Below, in pieces: positions 38,451 through 48,055 of a stretch of DNA of 64,000 bases; position 1 is the stretch's first letter; each line of letters starts with the position of its first letter. The notes under the pieces were generated by a model. It was not told where the DNA came from and did no database searches. It saw only the letters and a program-made list of their open reading frames with translations. The translations under genes and the position numbers were made by a program. Source of the stretch: a phage. The DNA lies in assembly GCA_027262695.1 (NCBI GenBank), contig GCA_027262695.1_4722.1. The stretch is one strand, 5' to 3'.

Positions 38451-39833
38451 TTATTTCTTCGATGACGCCTTCTCAAGAATCTTGAAAAAGGTCATACCTA
38501 TACCGACAACGGCTGCGGTGATGCTTGCTGCAGCTTTCCAGACATCGACGTTACGTTGACGTCGTGCTTCTTCCGCCTCACGTTGTCTTTTTGCCTCTTC
38601 ATCACGTCGGCGTATTTCAGCAGCGAATTCCTCATGCTTACGTTTCGCGTCTTCGTCTCGGCGACGCATTTCAGCGATAAGTTCATCGTGCTTACGTTTC
38701 GCGTCTTCATCGCGACGTTTGAGTTCAGCCAGATGGTCATCTTGCATTTGTCGCCGAAGTTCGTCCTGACGTTTTATTTCGGCTCTATGCTGCTCATCAC
38801 GCAGTTTTGCTTCAGCGCGATGGGTCTCTTGCATCCGTTCGATGACGTCTTTATGTTCATCCGCCATACGTCGCATTTCAGCCATCACCCCTTTAAGGGT
38901 TTCTTCTGATGACTTACGTTCGTAGCTACGCTGGTCGAAATCATTTTTGTAGGCTTCCTTCTGGATGGGATCGCGCCAATGCAATGCCGATTCGCGGGTT
39001 GGAAAAACATTGTATTTCCACATTTCTTTTTCCAAATCTTCTACCGGTACGAAGACGGAATCATTATTCCCGAAGGTAACCAACATCCCTGGAGCACCTG
39101 CCCCGTTCGTTGGTTTTATTTCGAACGCTTTCCCCAAGACGTTAACCCATAAGCTGTACGGATTATGGAAGTCTGGTGGCGTCCAATGGATGGTGAGCTG
39201 TGTTCCGAGAATCCGGAACCCCTCTGGTTTTCCTGTTAAACTTCGCGCACATGTTGCGATATAGGGGTGATCAATCCCTTTCGTAACATGGTCAGCGCTT
39301 TTGTATTCTCCTTTAACTTTTACGATTGCCACGTTAATTTGCGCGACATACACAGGTTGATTAAAATTTAAGGCTGTTAGGTCTATTCGACATATCTCGT
39401 CCAAGGTGTCGTACCAATCTTCCTGGTCGAGCAACCTGGGTTTTCTCTCGACGCACGTAATGCGTCGGATATGGGGTTTTCTTACCGCATAACCGCTTCG
39501 GTTTTTAACGCCCAGTATATCCCGTCGTCTACCGTCGTAGACGAAGTTCTTGAACGCGCCATTCGCATTAGATATGTCATGGCTGTCAACTATTACAGGA
39601 CTACGAAATTTTGAACGTCGTACGATCCTGAATGTGTTACCCTCTTCGACCCTACCTGGAATGTATTGGAACATATTGTCGGATGTAATGACCAATACCG
39701 TATGCCCAGACTCATTAATACAACCCCACCCTAACTCTAAGTCATATAACGGTTCCTGGTATCCGTCGATGCTATACGTGCCTGTGCCATCCCACGGCTC
39801 AAACGGCGTATCGCAAACCGGCATAGAGGACAT
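38451..39833 (-). CDS. hypothetical protein: globular N-domain, E/R/K-rich repeat helix, C-terminal hydrophobic anchor
   Basis: 460 aa; repeats RRDEDAKRKHDELIAEMRRRDEDAKRKHEEFAAEIRRRDEEAKRQ then AAASITAAVVGIGMTFF. Confidence 0.55.
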   Translation of the reverse strand: MSSMPVCDTPFEPWDGTGTYSIDGYQEPLYDLELGWGCINESGHTVLVITSDNMFQYIPGRVEEGNTFRIVRRSKFRSPVIVDSHDISNANGAFKNFVYDGRRRDILGVKNRSGYAVRKPHIRRITCVERKPRLLDQEDWYDTLDEICRIDLTALNFNQPVYVAQINVAIVKVKGEYKSADHVTKGIDHPYIATCARSLTGKPEGFRILGTQLTIHWTPPDFHNPYSLWVNVLGKAFEIKPTNGAGAPGMLVTFGNNDSVFVPVEDLEKEMWKYNVFPTRESALHWRDPIQKEAYKNDFDQRSYERKSSEETLKGVMAEMRRMADEHKDVIERMQETHRAEAKLRDEQHRAEIKRQDELRRQMQDDHLAELKRRDEDAKRKHDELIAEMRRRDEDAKRKHEEFAAEIRRRDEEAKRQREAEEARRQRNVDVWKAAASITAAVVGIGMTFFKILEKASSKK

Positions 39834-40045
39834 TGATTATCCTCCCTCAAACAGACAACATACATGCATAATGCACGTCCCTTTTCTTGTTATCATCACA
39901 ACGACAGTCGACGGTTTCAGCATCATTCTTAGCGCGAGAACGACCTTACGTGTTGTCTATGCCTTTTTTCATTGAAGGCTTCTGTCACCTAGGTAATGTA
40001 AGCGTCAAATTTTTTCTAATCTAACCCAGCATAACAGCATAATAA

Positions 40046-40074
40046 CCTCCCTCAGCCCGTAAGGACCGAGGGAG
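40046..40074. terminator. hairpin CCTCCCTC...GAGGGAGG downstream of putative capsid gene
   Basis: 8-bp outer stem with inner CCGTAAGG. Confidence 0.45.
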
Positions 40075-40174
40075 GTTGACTTATGTATCACGGTGCCGGA
40101 TGAATGTCCGGTGTAATGAAACCATCCGCAACGTTGTTTTCAAGAACTTCATCCAACGAAGCAGCTCCGGTATT

Positions 40175-42397
40175 TCAGTTAGTCTGAACCGGCAGCTTGA
40201 TGTTTTCAGTGTAGACCTTACGCAGGTTCACAACGTTGATCAGACCCAGCAGCGGGCAGTTGTTCACGAAACGGCAGCGCGGCTGAACCATGGTTTCTTT
40301 AGAAACCTGACCGTTACGAGTAACCTGAGCAACGGATACCAGTTCCGGTACGTACAGGAACATACCGAAGGTCAGCGGATCCGGAGAACCCTGGATACCA
40401 CGAGACAGGGTCACGAAGATCTTGTCGCGCAACATGACGTTCGGGTTGTCTACAACCACGAAGTTGAAGCTTACACCCACGGTGCGGAAGTCACCGTCGG
40501 TCTGCAGGAACTGCGGGATGTAGTTGTCGGTTGCTACTACGCAACGCGGTTTCTCATCAGCGTTGGAAGACAGCAGCTGCAGAGCTGGCTGATAACCAGA
40601 CTCGGAGTACATGCGGTACGCCATTTCACGAATCACGTTCATGATCGCAGCGGATACTTCAGCACGACGTTCTGCAGTGGTGGTACCCTGAACGGATTTC
40701 TCCAGGTCCAGATCGATTTCTTCGAACCACGGACGAATCAGGTAACGACCGAAACCTTCGATCTGAATGTCACCGAACTGACGGAAGCGAGAAGTTGCAA
40801 CCGCTTTCAGGGCGTCTTTGTAGCTGAACAGTTTCTCAACCATCAGGTTGTCGAAACGTGCGTTAGCTGCTTGGATCAGAACATCCAGGTCAGCAGCGTT
40901 TTCTTCCCAATCCAGCGGACGAGGAATGGAGAACGGAGCCAGCAGGCCGATTGCGTAACGTTCTTGCTTCATGTTGAAGTCAAGATGTTTACCGCGTTCA
41001 CGACGGTTGCTGTTGTTACGACGGATACGCAGTTCGTAACCCACCAGTTTGAAGCTCAGGTCTTCAGCCAGATCTTTGAATTCCTGGCTCTTACGCGGTT
41101 GTTCGATGTTGTCCTGGTCAACCAGACGATACAGTTCAGCGGTAGCGCCATTAACACGCAGACCCGCTTTCTCTACGTTGGAAGAACCGTAAACTTCGAT
41201 CGCCAGCTGAGCAGCAGATTTCGCATCGATGATGTCCTGCAGCGCTTCAGCTTTCGCACCTTTAACGTCAACGGTGTTCTCATCAACGAAGATGGAGTGG
41301 GTGTCGAACGCCAGGGTCATTTTGCGGAAGTCGCCTTCCAGGGATTTCTGGAAACCGTTGGTGATCAGACCGGATACGTCGAACGGAACGTAAGAGGTTT
41401 TGCTGTGCTTGGTGGATTTAATTTCCACCAGGATTTTGGTCAGCGTGATCTGAGCATCCAGCGCGTCAGTGTTGTCGCTGTAACCGTTAGCCAGAATGCT
41501 ATCGTCTTCAGCGATACCGATCATGTCGATCAGTTTATCAACCGCCAGGTAAGACGTTTTGTAAGTAACGCCTTTGATTTCGATGTCGCGCGGAGCAACG
41601 ATGGTTTTATCAACGAAGTACTGCGCGTTAGCATCGTCAGCACGGTAGATCGGATGCAGATCGGTCACGTCGTTGGACAGAACGTCGTTGTACATGAACG
41701 CATCCAGCAGCGGACGACGTACCCAATCAGCCGGAGTACCATCACCGTTACGACGCAGGTGGTTGAACACCAGCGGACGACGGAAGGAAACGTCATAACC
41801 GATCTGGTTCGGAGCCAGAACGATGGTGTTGTACAGTTCGTTACCCATGCGGCTCAGACGAGACGCCTTCACGTTGAACACAACGGAGTACGGCATCATG
41901 TCACGCAGTTCTTTCTGGTCGTAGGACAGCTGAACCAGTTCTTCAGATTCACAACCGCAGGAATCCGCAGCCATCATGACGAAGTTAGCGCTGTCAACAT
42001 CACGGCCGGACGGCGAGGTGCTGATGTTCATGGAACGTGCTTGTTTAGCATATTCCACCGGGTTGCCATGTGCCAGCATGATCAGCGCTGCAGCGCGAGC
42101 CTGCTGTGCGTTCATGGTGAACAGCTGTTCTTCAATACGTTGCTTCTCTTCCGGAGTTGTGGTTTCGAAGCCCAGCATGGACAGAACCGGTTCTTCAGCT
42201 TTACGGATGTCGCTGCTGAAGCTCTTAACATCCATTTCGTTAACCAGTTTGTCCATGGATTTGAAATCAACCTTAGAAGCAGATTCCATAGACAGGAAGG
42301 TGTTTTCCAGACCTTTGTCTGCTGGTTTGCTACCATTAGCGGTCAGGAACTGGCGAGTGGCCGCGACCTGTTGGCTAAGAAGGGTTTTATCATTCAT
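40175..42397 (-). CDS. putative major capsid protein (large HK97-fold type, by size and codon usage)
   Basis: 740 aa; strongest host-optimal codon bias in window, producing a 774-codon stop-free antisense ORF; AAGGA RBS. Confidence 0.45.
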   Translation of the reverse strand: MNDKTLLSQQVAATRQFLTANGSKPADKGLENTFLSMESASKVDFKSMDKLVNEMDVKSFSSDIRKAEEPVLSMLGFETTTPEEKQRIEEQLFTMNAQQARAAALIMLAHGNPVEYAKQARSMNISTSPSGRDVDSANFVMMAADSCGCESEELVQLSYDQKELRDMMPYSVVFNVKASRLSRMGNELYNTIVLAPNQIGYDVSFRRPLVFNHLRRNGDGTPADWVRRPLLDAFMYNDVLSNDVTDLHPIYRADDANAQYFVDKTIVAPRDIEIKGVTYKTSYLAVDKLIDMIGIAEDDSILANGYSDNTDALDAQITLTKILVEIKSTKHSKTSYVPFDVSGLITNGFQKSLEGDFRKMTLAFDTHSIFVDENTVDVKGAKAEALQDIIDAKSAAQLAIEVYGSSNVEKAGLRVNGATAELYRLVDQDNIEQPRKSQEFKDLAEDLSFKLVGYELRIRRNNSNRRERGKHLDFNMKQERYAIGLLAPFSIPRPLDWEENAADLDVLIQAANARFDNLMVEKLFSYKDALKAVATSRFRQFGDIQIEGFGRYLIRPWFEEIDLDLEKSVQGTTTAERRAEVSAAIMNVIREMAYRMYSESGYQPALQLLSSNADEKPRCVVATDNYIPQFLQTDGDFRTVGVSFNFVVVDNPNVMLRDKIFVTLSRGIQGSPDPLTFGMFLYVPELVSVAQVTRNGQVSKETMVQPRCRFVNNCPLLGLINVVNLRKVYTENIKLPVQTN

Positions 42398-42546
42398 TGA
42401 AAGTATCCTTTACAGATTTAACTTATATAAGTCGGTCGATAGACCATAGCGTACACGCGTGCATGCGCCACTATAGTATCAGTAAACACTTACCGTTATT
42501 GAGGTTGTGATACAACACTAAAAATGCCGCATAACTTTTCCCTACG
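42398..42546 (-). promoter_or_regulatory. upstream region of putative capsid gene with TTATATAAGT motif
   Basis: Minus-strand TTATATAAGT about 25 nt upstream of start; late-promoter-like by analogy only. Confidence 0.25.
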
Positions 42547-43167
42547 TCACAAACGACGCAGGCGATAATGGATGGAACGATTGGTGCAATATGAACGGAA
42601 CAGCGGTAATTGCGCAACTTCCGCAAGACTCATATTAATTCGCAGATGTTCGATAACCGCGCTGTAGTTATCGGCGATACGATCGCTCAGTAACTCTTCT
42701 GCCAATAAAGGAAGACAATCGACAACGATGGCGATCACATCCTCATTAACATAACGCACCCGAACATTGAGTGGACGTTTGTCTGGGCCGTAAGTTGGAT
42801 CCGCCAAACGACGTTCAATATCGCGTGGATAGCTCGTCAGTAAATGGTAATAACCATTGTCATAACGATTGATGTACTCACACAGCACATCAACATTCTT
42901 CTCTGGCGGCAAACCTGTTTCGTCATAGTGATACGCAAACATACCACCAAGCAGGTTGTTAAGATGAACAGCCGCATTCGTTTGTTCGTGTTCTTTCGTA
43001 ATGAAGAAAGGCACGTTCTGAGCTGCGAAATAAAAACCTACATCATTGGGCGATAGTATGCCGAAAAGACTTTTAGGATCCAACAGCACCTGTAAGTCAT
43101 CACGCGCATTTCGCATAATCGCGTGTTCTACCCAATTCGGAACGACGAGATATCGGAGTTCCTTCAT
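42547..43167 (-). CDS. hypothetical protein
   Basis: 206 aa ORF divergent from 43207 gene. Confidence 0.5.
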   Translation of the reverse strand: MKELRYLVVPNWVEHAIMRNARDDLQVLLDPKSLFGILSPNDVGFYFAAQNVPFFITKEHEQTNAAVHLNNLLGGMFAYHYDETGLPPEKNVDVLCEYINRYDNGYYHLLTSYPRDIERRLADPTYGPDKRPLNVRVRYVNEDVIAIVVDCLPLLAEELLSDRIADNYSAVIEHLRINMSLAEVAQLPLFRSYCTNRSIHYRLRRL

Positions 43168-43206
43168 TATGATTACCTCTTTGTAAGTATCGAAAGGATT
43201 GAGTCG

Positions 43207-44817
43207 ATGGACCCAAAACAGATAGCCATTAAGATTATTACGTTACTGTTTCGTAATGCACAATTGAACCATCCCGATCCCAGTACGATCGAACATGTTA
43301 AATCCGTCTTAGATAAAATCGAACCCCCGAAAAACCATCTCACCGTTGATGTGGATAGAGAGGTTTTCAACAACCTGATGAACACCATTCATTGGATGTT
43401 GGAACAACCGTTATCGGAACCTTTCGATAAACAACAGTTGCTACAAAGGATACGTTTAGATTGCCTGGAACAAAGCCACGTTTACGAAATTCTCGCCGAC
43501 GGATTGTACGATATCGAAGACGATGCTCATATCAGTAAGGTCTGTTCGCTTTACTACAATGAATTACGTAATCTGATTACCCGTCGTCGTGTATTTGAAA
43601 CCTTTAAAAACACGTACATGGATATCAGTAACGGCCGCCTTGGGGACAAAGAATTTTTCGACGCGATGGCGAATTTGAAACTATCGCTAGATACCATCGA
43701 AATGGATACTGAAAACCCCGAAGAAATGTCCTGTATGATTGACGGCTTCATCGCTGATAGTGAAGACGATATTGAAAAAGTCGAACGTATGTTCGTTAAG
43801 GCGATGGAGCGTAACAGTCCTGAAGGGGGATTTGTCACCGGCTGGCAGGGGTTTAATAAAATGTTGGGGTCGGTCGGCGTATTACGTCGTGGTACTCTAG
43901 GATTGATTGGTGCGATGCAACACCGTAATAAATCAGGGGTGTTATTAAAACTTTTCACCCACCTGGCGTTGTACAATAAACCCCATTTCTTTTTTCCGGA
44001 GCGCGCAAAGAAAGCCTTATTGATTCATCTCTCAACAGAGAACGAAGTTGAAGAAAACACGCTTCAAATCTACAAGAACATGCGAGAACAGGAAACAGGT
44101 GAATATGTCGATATTCGTAAGATTGACCCACGTGAAGCTTCACGCTATGTACTGAACGTTTTCAATAATGCGGGGTTCTCTGTCTGCATGCGTCGTGTTG
44201 ATGGAATGAGCTATAAACAACTTGCTAACCTTATCGACCATTTTGAACGTATGGGTTATGAAGTTATGGCTTTGTTCATCGACTATCTAAAAATGTTCTC
44301 GTCAGAAGGATTAGATAGGAATGGGCCTACGGGCGCTTGGCTGCAAGAACTCTTCAACAAAGTACGTAACCTCTGTAGCGTTAAACGTATTTTAGGTATG
44401 ACCGTACACCAGTTGTCTTCTGATGCGAAGATGCGGGCACGTGATGGTAACGATGAAGAATTTGTTGACCAAGTCGCCGGTTTAAGTTACTGGGATGGAT
44501 GTAAAGGGATTGACCGTGAGATTGACCTTGAGGTAATTGTTGATATCGTTAAGGAACCTGGCAAACGTCAAAGCTGGCAGGTCTTTGCGCTAGGGAAAGA
44601 CCGTCAACCGGATAACGGCTCAACAAAACCTGAAGATAAACATTTTGCGATGCCGTTCCAAACCATCGGGATGCTTCCTGACGATTACGGTAAGAAAGCG
44701 GTGTATTGCCGCAAGGTTGGCGGACAACCGGTCTCTGAAGGAGGCAAAGGTCCGTGGAACAAGTTTGATGAACATGCCGCACCGAGTAATGAACTACAAT
44801 TTGATTTAGAATTCTAA
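43207..44817 (+). CDS. hypothetical protein with degenerate P-loop-like segment
   Basis: Start moved to ATG 43207 (AAGGA 9 nt upstream); ORF track start 43123 is GTG and overlaps the divergent gene. Confidence 0.5.
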   Translation: MDPKQIAIKIITLLFRNAQLNHPDPSTIEHVKSVLDKIEPPKNHLTVDVDREVFNNLMNTIHWMLEQPLSEPFDKQQLLQRIRLDCLEQSHVYEILADGLYDIEDDAHISKVCSLYYNELRNLITRRRVFETFKNTYMDISNGRLGDKEFFDAMANLKLSLDTIEMDTENPEEMSCMIDGFIADSEDDIEKVERMFVKAMERNSPEGGFVTGWQGFNKMLGSVGVLRRGTLGLIGAMQHRNKSGVLLKLFTHLALYNKPHFFFPERAKKALLIHLSTENEVEENTLQIYKNMREQETGEYVDIRKIDPREASRYVLNVFNNAGFSVCMRRVDGMSYKQLANLIDHFERMGYEVMALFIDYLKMFSSEGLDRNGPTGAWLQELFNKVRNLCSVKRILGMTVHQLSSDAKMRARDGNDEEFVDQVAGLSYWDGCKGIDREIDLEVIVDIVKEPGKRQSWQVFALGKDRQPDNGSTKPEDKHFAMPFQTIGMLPDDYGKKAVYCRKVGGQPVSEGGKGPWNKFDEHAAPSNELQFDLEF

Positions 44818-44843
44818 AACGCAAAAAAAAAAATCGTACGGTT

Positions 44844-44874
44844 CCCTCCTCCAACCCGGAAGGGAAGGAGGAGG
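44844..44874. terminator. hairpin CCCTCCTCC-AA-CCC-GGAA-GGG-AA-GGAGGAGGG, preceded by A11 run
   Basis: Canonical copy; A-run 44823-44833 gives a U-run after the hairpin for minus-strand transcripts. Confidence 0.6.
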
Positions 44875-44892
44875 GTTATGACCGTTATGGTG

Positions 44893-45219
44893 TTAACTTA
44901 TCGTCATGAATTCCGTAGGTGAGAATTTCCAACCGTTTTCATTGAGAAGCGTGTTAAGTTTCGCTGCAACGATAAGCCATGCGTGCATGGCTGTCACATC
45001 GTATTGGCGATTAACACGGCGTTGGTTTTCGATATCGATTTGCTCCCGTTCGGTGATGTTTGGGTAGAGCGCGACGGCGCTGGGCTTCCCTAACGCATCA
45101 CTCATTACCGCCTGACATTCACTGATGATGTTATTGAGATGATAATTGTAAACCGTTCCACGCATAACACGATGACGGCATTCAATAATAGCGTCGTAAA
45201 TAATTTCTCTTGTTGTCAT
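44893..45219 (-). CDS. hypothetical protein
   Basis: 108 aa ORF. Confidence 0.45.
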   Translation of the reverse strand: MTTREIIYDAIIECRHRVMRGTVYNYHLNNIISECQAVMSDALGKPSAVALYPNITEREQIDIENQRRVNRQYDVTAMHAWLIVAAKLNTLLNENGWKFSPTEFMTIS

Positions 45220-45225
45220 GATCGA

Positions 45226-45627
45226 TTAAAACACACGTTCGTTTTTAGCACGGGCATCCATAACCAAATCGTAGATACCAGCTGTTCGTAAACATTCTTC
45301 GTAATAACGGTGCGTACCTTCCTCCGCCATCCACGATAACCCACGACTATCGGCAACAATAACCAGTTTGTTATTGTTGAATGCGCATACCACACGGTAA
45401 GTCGCATTGTTGTTTGGATCACGTGTAATCAGTTCGTAAACACCATTAACCGGTTTACTGAATTCACCGTTCAGCGGAATAAGTTCCGTTGTACCTTCAG
45501 CAAACGTTACATTGATTGATGCTGGCTCTTTAGCAATGACGGTGTATTCCACGTTGTGTTCTTTACTGGTCATGATACCGAAATAAGAACTTACTGGAGA
45601 ACGTGGTACACTAAGAATATTAAACAT
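45226..45627 (-). CDS. hypothetical protein
   Basis: 133 aa ORF. Confidence 0.45.
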   Translation of the reverse strand: MFNILSVPRSPVSSYFGIMTSKEHNVEYTVIAKEPASINVTFAEGTTELIPLNGEFSKPVNGVYELITRDPNNNATYRVVCAFNNNKLVIVADSRGLSWMAEEGTHRYYEECLRTAGIYDLVMDARAKNERVF

Positions 45628-45690
45628 GAATGTTGTCCTCTTAATTGGATATAGATTGTTGGTATGTATTTGAATAAGGTTGGTTTACTT

Positions 45691-46260
45691 TTAGACGATG
45701 AGCGTCCAGGTGGTCAGTACACCGCTTGCGAATTCAAGCTTAAGACGTTTACCAATAAGCTGTTGTTGGATCATCTTTTCCGTGATCCGACGATCGTGTT
45801 GAACGGCTTTATCGAATGCCTCTTTTGCTTCGGCTTGATAAAAGTTCGTTTCTTCGTTCTCGTCGATATCTTCGAATGCATCATCGTCGATATCAGCAAG
45901 TTTTACACGGCCGTTTTCATCGGGTTGTTCGGCCGGTTCGTTGTCGTAAGGCGTGTCTTTTGTCGGTGCGACACGGTGCTGTAGTTCAACCTGGGTTAGC
46001 ATCACTTCCATCTCACCGTCGATAGGGATGATGTCATCAGCACTACCGTTTTCGGTTAGCTCTCGACTTTCCAGTAACGTCGTAGTAACAGTGAACACCT
46101 CCTCGACAGGAACCTCATCATCGTCGATGGTGTTAACCGTATCGCTGGTCACTTCGGCAACAACCATCAAATCGAATGCGTGAGGGTCGCCGGGCATTTT
46201 GATCCCAGGAAGTTTGTTGAGATACCAAGGATCAAGAATCATGATTTCGGGATTAAACAT
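45691..46260 (-). CDS. hypothetical strongly acidic protein
   Basis: 189 aa, D/E-rich (DDDEVPVEE, DIDDDAFEDIDENEE). Confidence 0.5.
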   Translation of the reverse strand: MFNPEIMILDPWYLNKLPGIKMPGDPHAFDLMVVAEVTSDTVNTIDDDEVPVEEVFTVTTTLLESRELTENGSADDIIPIDGEMEVMLTQVELQHRVAPTKDTPYDNEPAEQPDENGRVKLADIDDDAFEDIDENEETNFYQAEAKEAFDKAVQHDRRITEKMIQQQLIGKRLKLEFASGVLTTWTLIV

Positions 46261-46335
46261 CGTATTTACCTTTTTATGTTAGGTGGGTTGCGGATAGAAG
46301 AATCAATGCATAGTCTGATTTAAGTTTGTTAAGAC

Positions 46336-47169
46336 TTACTTAGCTTTCGGATTATACGGACTAACATGTTGCTGCATTCGTTGGATTGTTTCGTAGTACG
46401 GGTTATAATGAGTGAACATATTGTTGTATGGATGGTAGCCGTAAAGCGCATTTTGCCTTGCCGGTGAGAAACCTTTTTGAGAAGGACGATTTGAATTTAC
46501 TGCGAGCACGTAGTAAACCAAATTTTGATGGTCGAATGTTCCTTCGTTTTTGAAGGTGTCAGCATAGGCGCTTACCGCAGGAGCAAGTCTATCACCATCG
46601 GTTGTAATGATCGTACCATCCGGGTAAACTTCTCGAACGATACACCATGTTCCGATGAGAACATCTTCGGGTGTCTTATTACTGTATCCGACTGTAACGG
46701 TAAGGTAAGTATCGAATCCTCCTGAGCACTGCGGATGTCGATAAATTGGGCCAGTCGTTTCTGCTTTATCGGTTACGGTTTTTTCGTAAGGACACTTCTT
46801 GATTGCTTTGATGTAAATATCGGGAATCTCTAATACCGCCTTATCAGGATGAATTCTAAAATGATTCTTGAGTAAGCCCAAAAGGTTGGTTGCTACCACG
46901 TCGTGAGGTAGTACCCAATAACTGGTAGGGGAGTCATCGCCGTCTCTCTTGGAGAAGATGACTGCCTTGTTATCGTCGTCTGGTAGACTGAAGAAAACGA
47001 TTGACTCAATAGGCATAGCCAGCTCACCACAACAGGGGTCAGCGGATAACACCCAATTGTATTTGTTGTCCGTTTCGTATAAATGTTCTGTTCTGTCGAT
47101 ACTACGATCCTTCAATTGGATGTAGCGTTCACGTTGTTTCTTGGTTAATTTACGGTAGATAGTGGTCAT
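46336..47169 (-). CDS. hypothetical protein, paralog of 47255-48028
   Basis: YRHPQCSGGFDTYLTVTVGY...VREVYPDGTIITTDG vs YVHPECHTTYDRYLTITGGV...IREIYPDGRITTF. Confidence 0.55.
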   Translation of the reverse strand: MTTIYRKLTKKQRERYIQLKDRSIDRTEHLYETDNKYNWVLSADPCCGELAMPIESIVFFSLPDDDNKAVIFSKRDGDDSPTSYWVLPHDVVATNLLGLLKNHFRIHPDKAVLEIPDIYIKAIKKCPYEKTVTDKAETTGPIYRHPQCSGGFDTYLTVTVGYSNKTPEDVLIGTWCIVREVYPDGTIITTDGDRLAPAVSAYADTFKNEGTFDHQNLVYYVLAVNSNRPSQKGFSPARQNALYGYHPYNNMFTHYNPYYETIQRMQQHVSPYNPKAK

Positions 47170-47254
47170 GTTAAGCTCCTTGATTACGGTAAGGATGATT
47201 TCGGTTTTGTGATGATGGTAGGACCACTTTGTTTAGGATCCTACCAGTACGGGA

Positions 47255-48028
47255 TTATTCATGATCAGTGTAGAAATGGTGAGGATAGCCGGAGTACGAT
47301 CCTGCGTTACCGGCTATGGATTCTTTCTGGGAATCGACGACGAGCGCGTAGAACTGTCGGGAATTTGTTAACGTTGAGAAATAAGAGGAAAGGACTTTTT
47401 CGTTCAACGCATCGCACGGTAGACAGGTACGCCCACAGAACGTCGTAATACGGCCATCCGGATAGATCTCACGGATCATACGCCATTCACCGATATCAAC
47501 CGGCGATGGCGCTGCTACACCACCTGTTATCGTTAAATAACGATCATACGTGGTATGACATTCTGGATGTACGTAAATTGGCTTATTGGCCTCAACTTCT
47601 TCAGGAGCATAGCGTCGACCGAGAAGTTCAATAACCTCCAGATAGATTGTAGGCAGATCGCAAAGAACCCCTTCCTCTTTACGTTTCTTCGTGATTCGAG
47701 GACGAACCTCATTGATAACGTAGGCGAGTTCATTCAGCGCTTCTTGCGCTGGTAGCACGAATAAACGGTCCGGTTTGTCGGACAAGTCTTCATTTACGTA
47801 AACGTAACAAACATCGTCTTTAGGCGCGTAGAAGAAGCGAGAGACCTTAAAGGTTTCCGTAGTACGATAACCGAGACGCGTTTGGTCCTGCACCAGAGAA
47901 AATATCCAGCGACGTCCTTCGTCCTGTTCAATGATATCATTGAACATCTTTGTTTGATCAGGAAGTTGATATTCTTCCTGTAATTTAGCAAGTGCTTCAT
48001 TATCCAGTTTGGTGTAAACATCAGTCAT
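47255..48028 (-). CDS. hypothetical protein, paralog of 46336-47169
   Basis: 257 aa; motifs as above. Confidence 0.55.
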   Translation of the reverse strand: MTDVYTKLDNEALAKLQEEYQLPDQTKMFNDIIEQDEGRRWIFSLVQDQTRLGYRTTETFKVSRFFYAPKDDVCYVYVNEDLSDKPDRLFVLPAQEALNELAYVINEVRPRITKKRKEEGVLCDLPTIYLEVIELLGRRYAPEEVEANKPIYVHPECHTTYDRYLTITGGVAAPSPVDIGEWRMIREIYPDGRITTFCGRTCLPCDALNEKVLSSYFSTLTNSRQFYALVVDSQKESIAGNAGSYSGYPHHFYTDHE

Positions 48029-48055
48029 GATAGTATCCTCGATTAGTAAGGTTGG

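Noticed and set aside
28220-39833. phiKZ-type split multisubunit RNA polymerase, PhuZ tubulin or chimallin among the large head-region proteins
   Set aside because: Did not find the NADFDGD catalytic motif, GGGTGSG tubulin signature or other diagnostic motifs; cannot be excluded without profile searches.
39550-39975. 141-aa plus-strand ORF spanning the 38451-39833 start region
   Set aside because: Mostly antisense to the minus-strand gene; no RBS; remaining part is promoter-like intergenic sequence.
40076-42400. 774-aa plus-strand ORF antisense to the putative capsid gene
   Set aside because: Its composition (V/R/Q/F/T-rich, no recognisable domains) is typical of an antisense shadow ORF caused by strong codon bias; the minus-strand frame has the RBS and natural protein composition.
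47234-47243. Palindrome TAGGATCCTA with nearby GGTAGGACC direct repeat
   Set aside because: Short 10-bp palindrome containing a common restriction-site-like sequence; likely chance occurrence.
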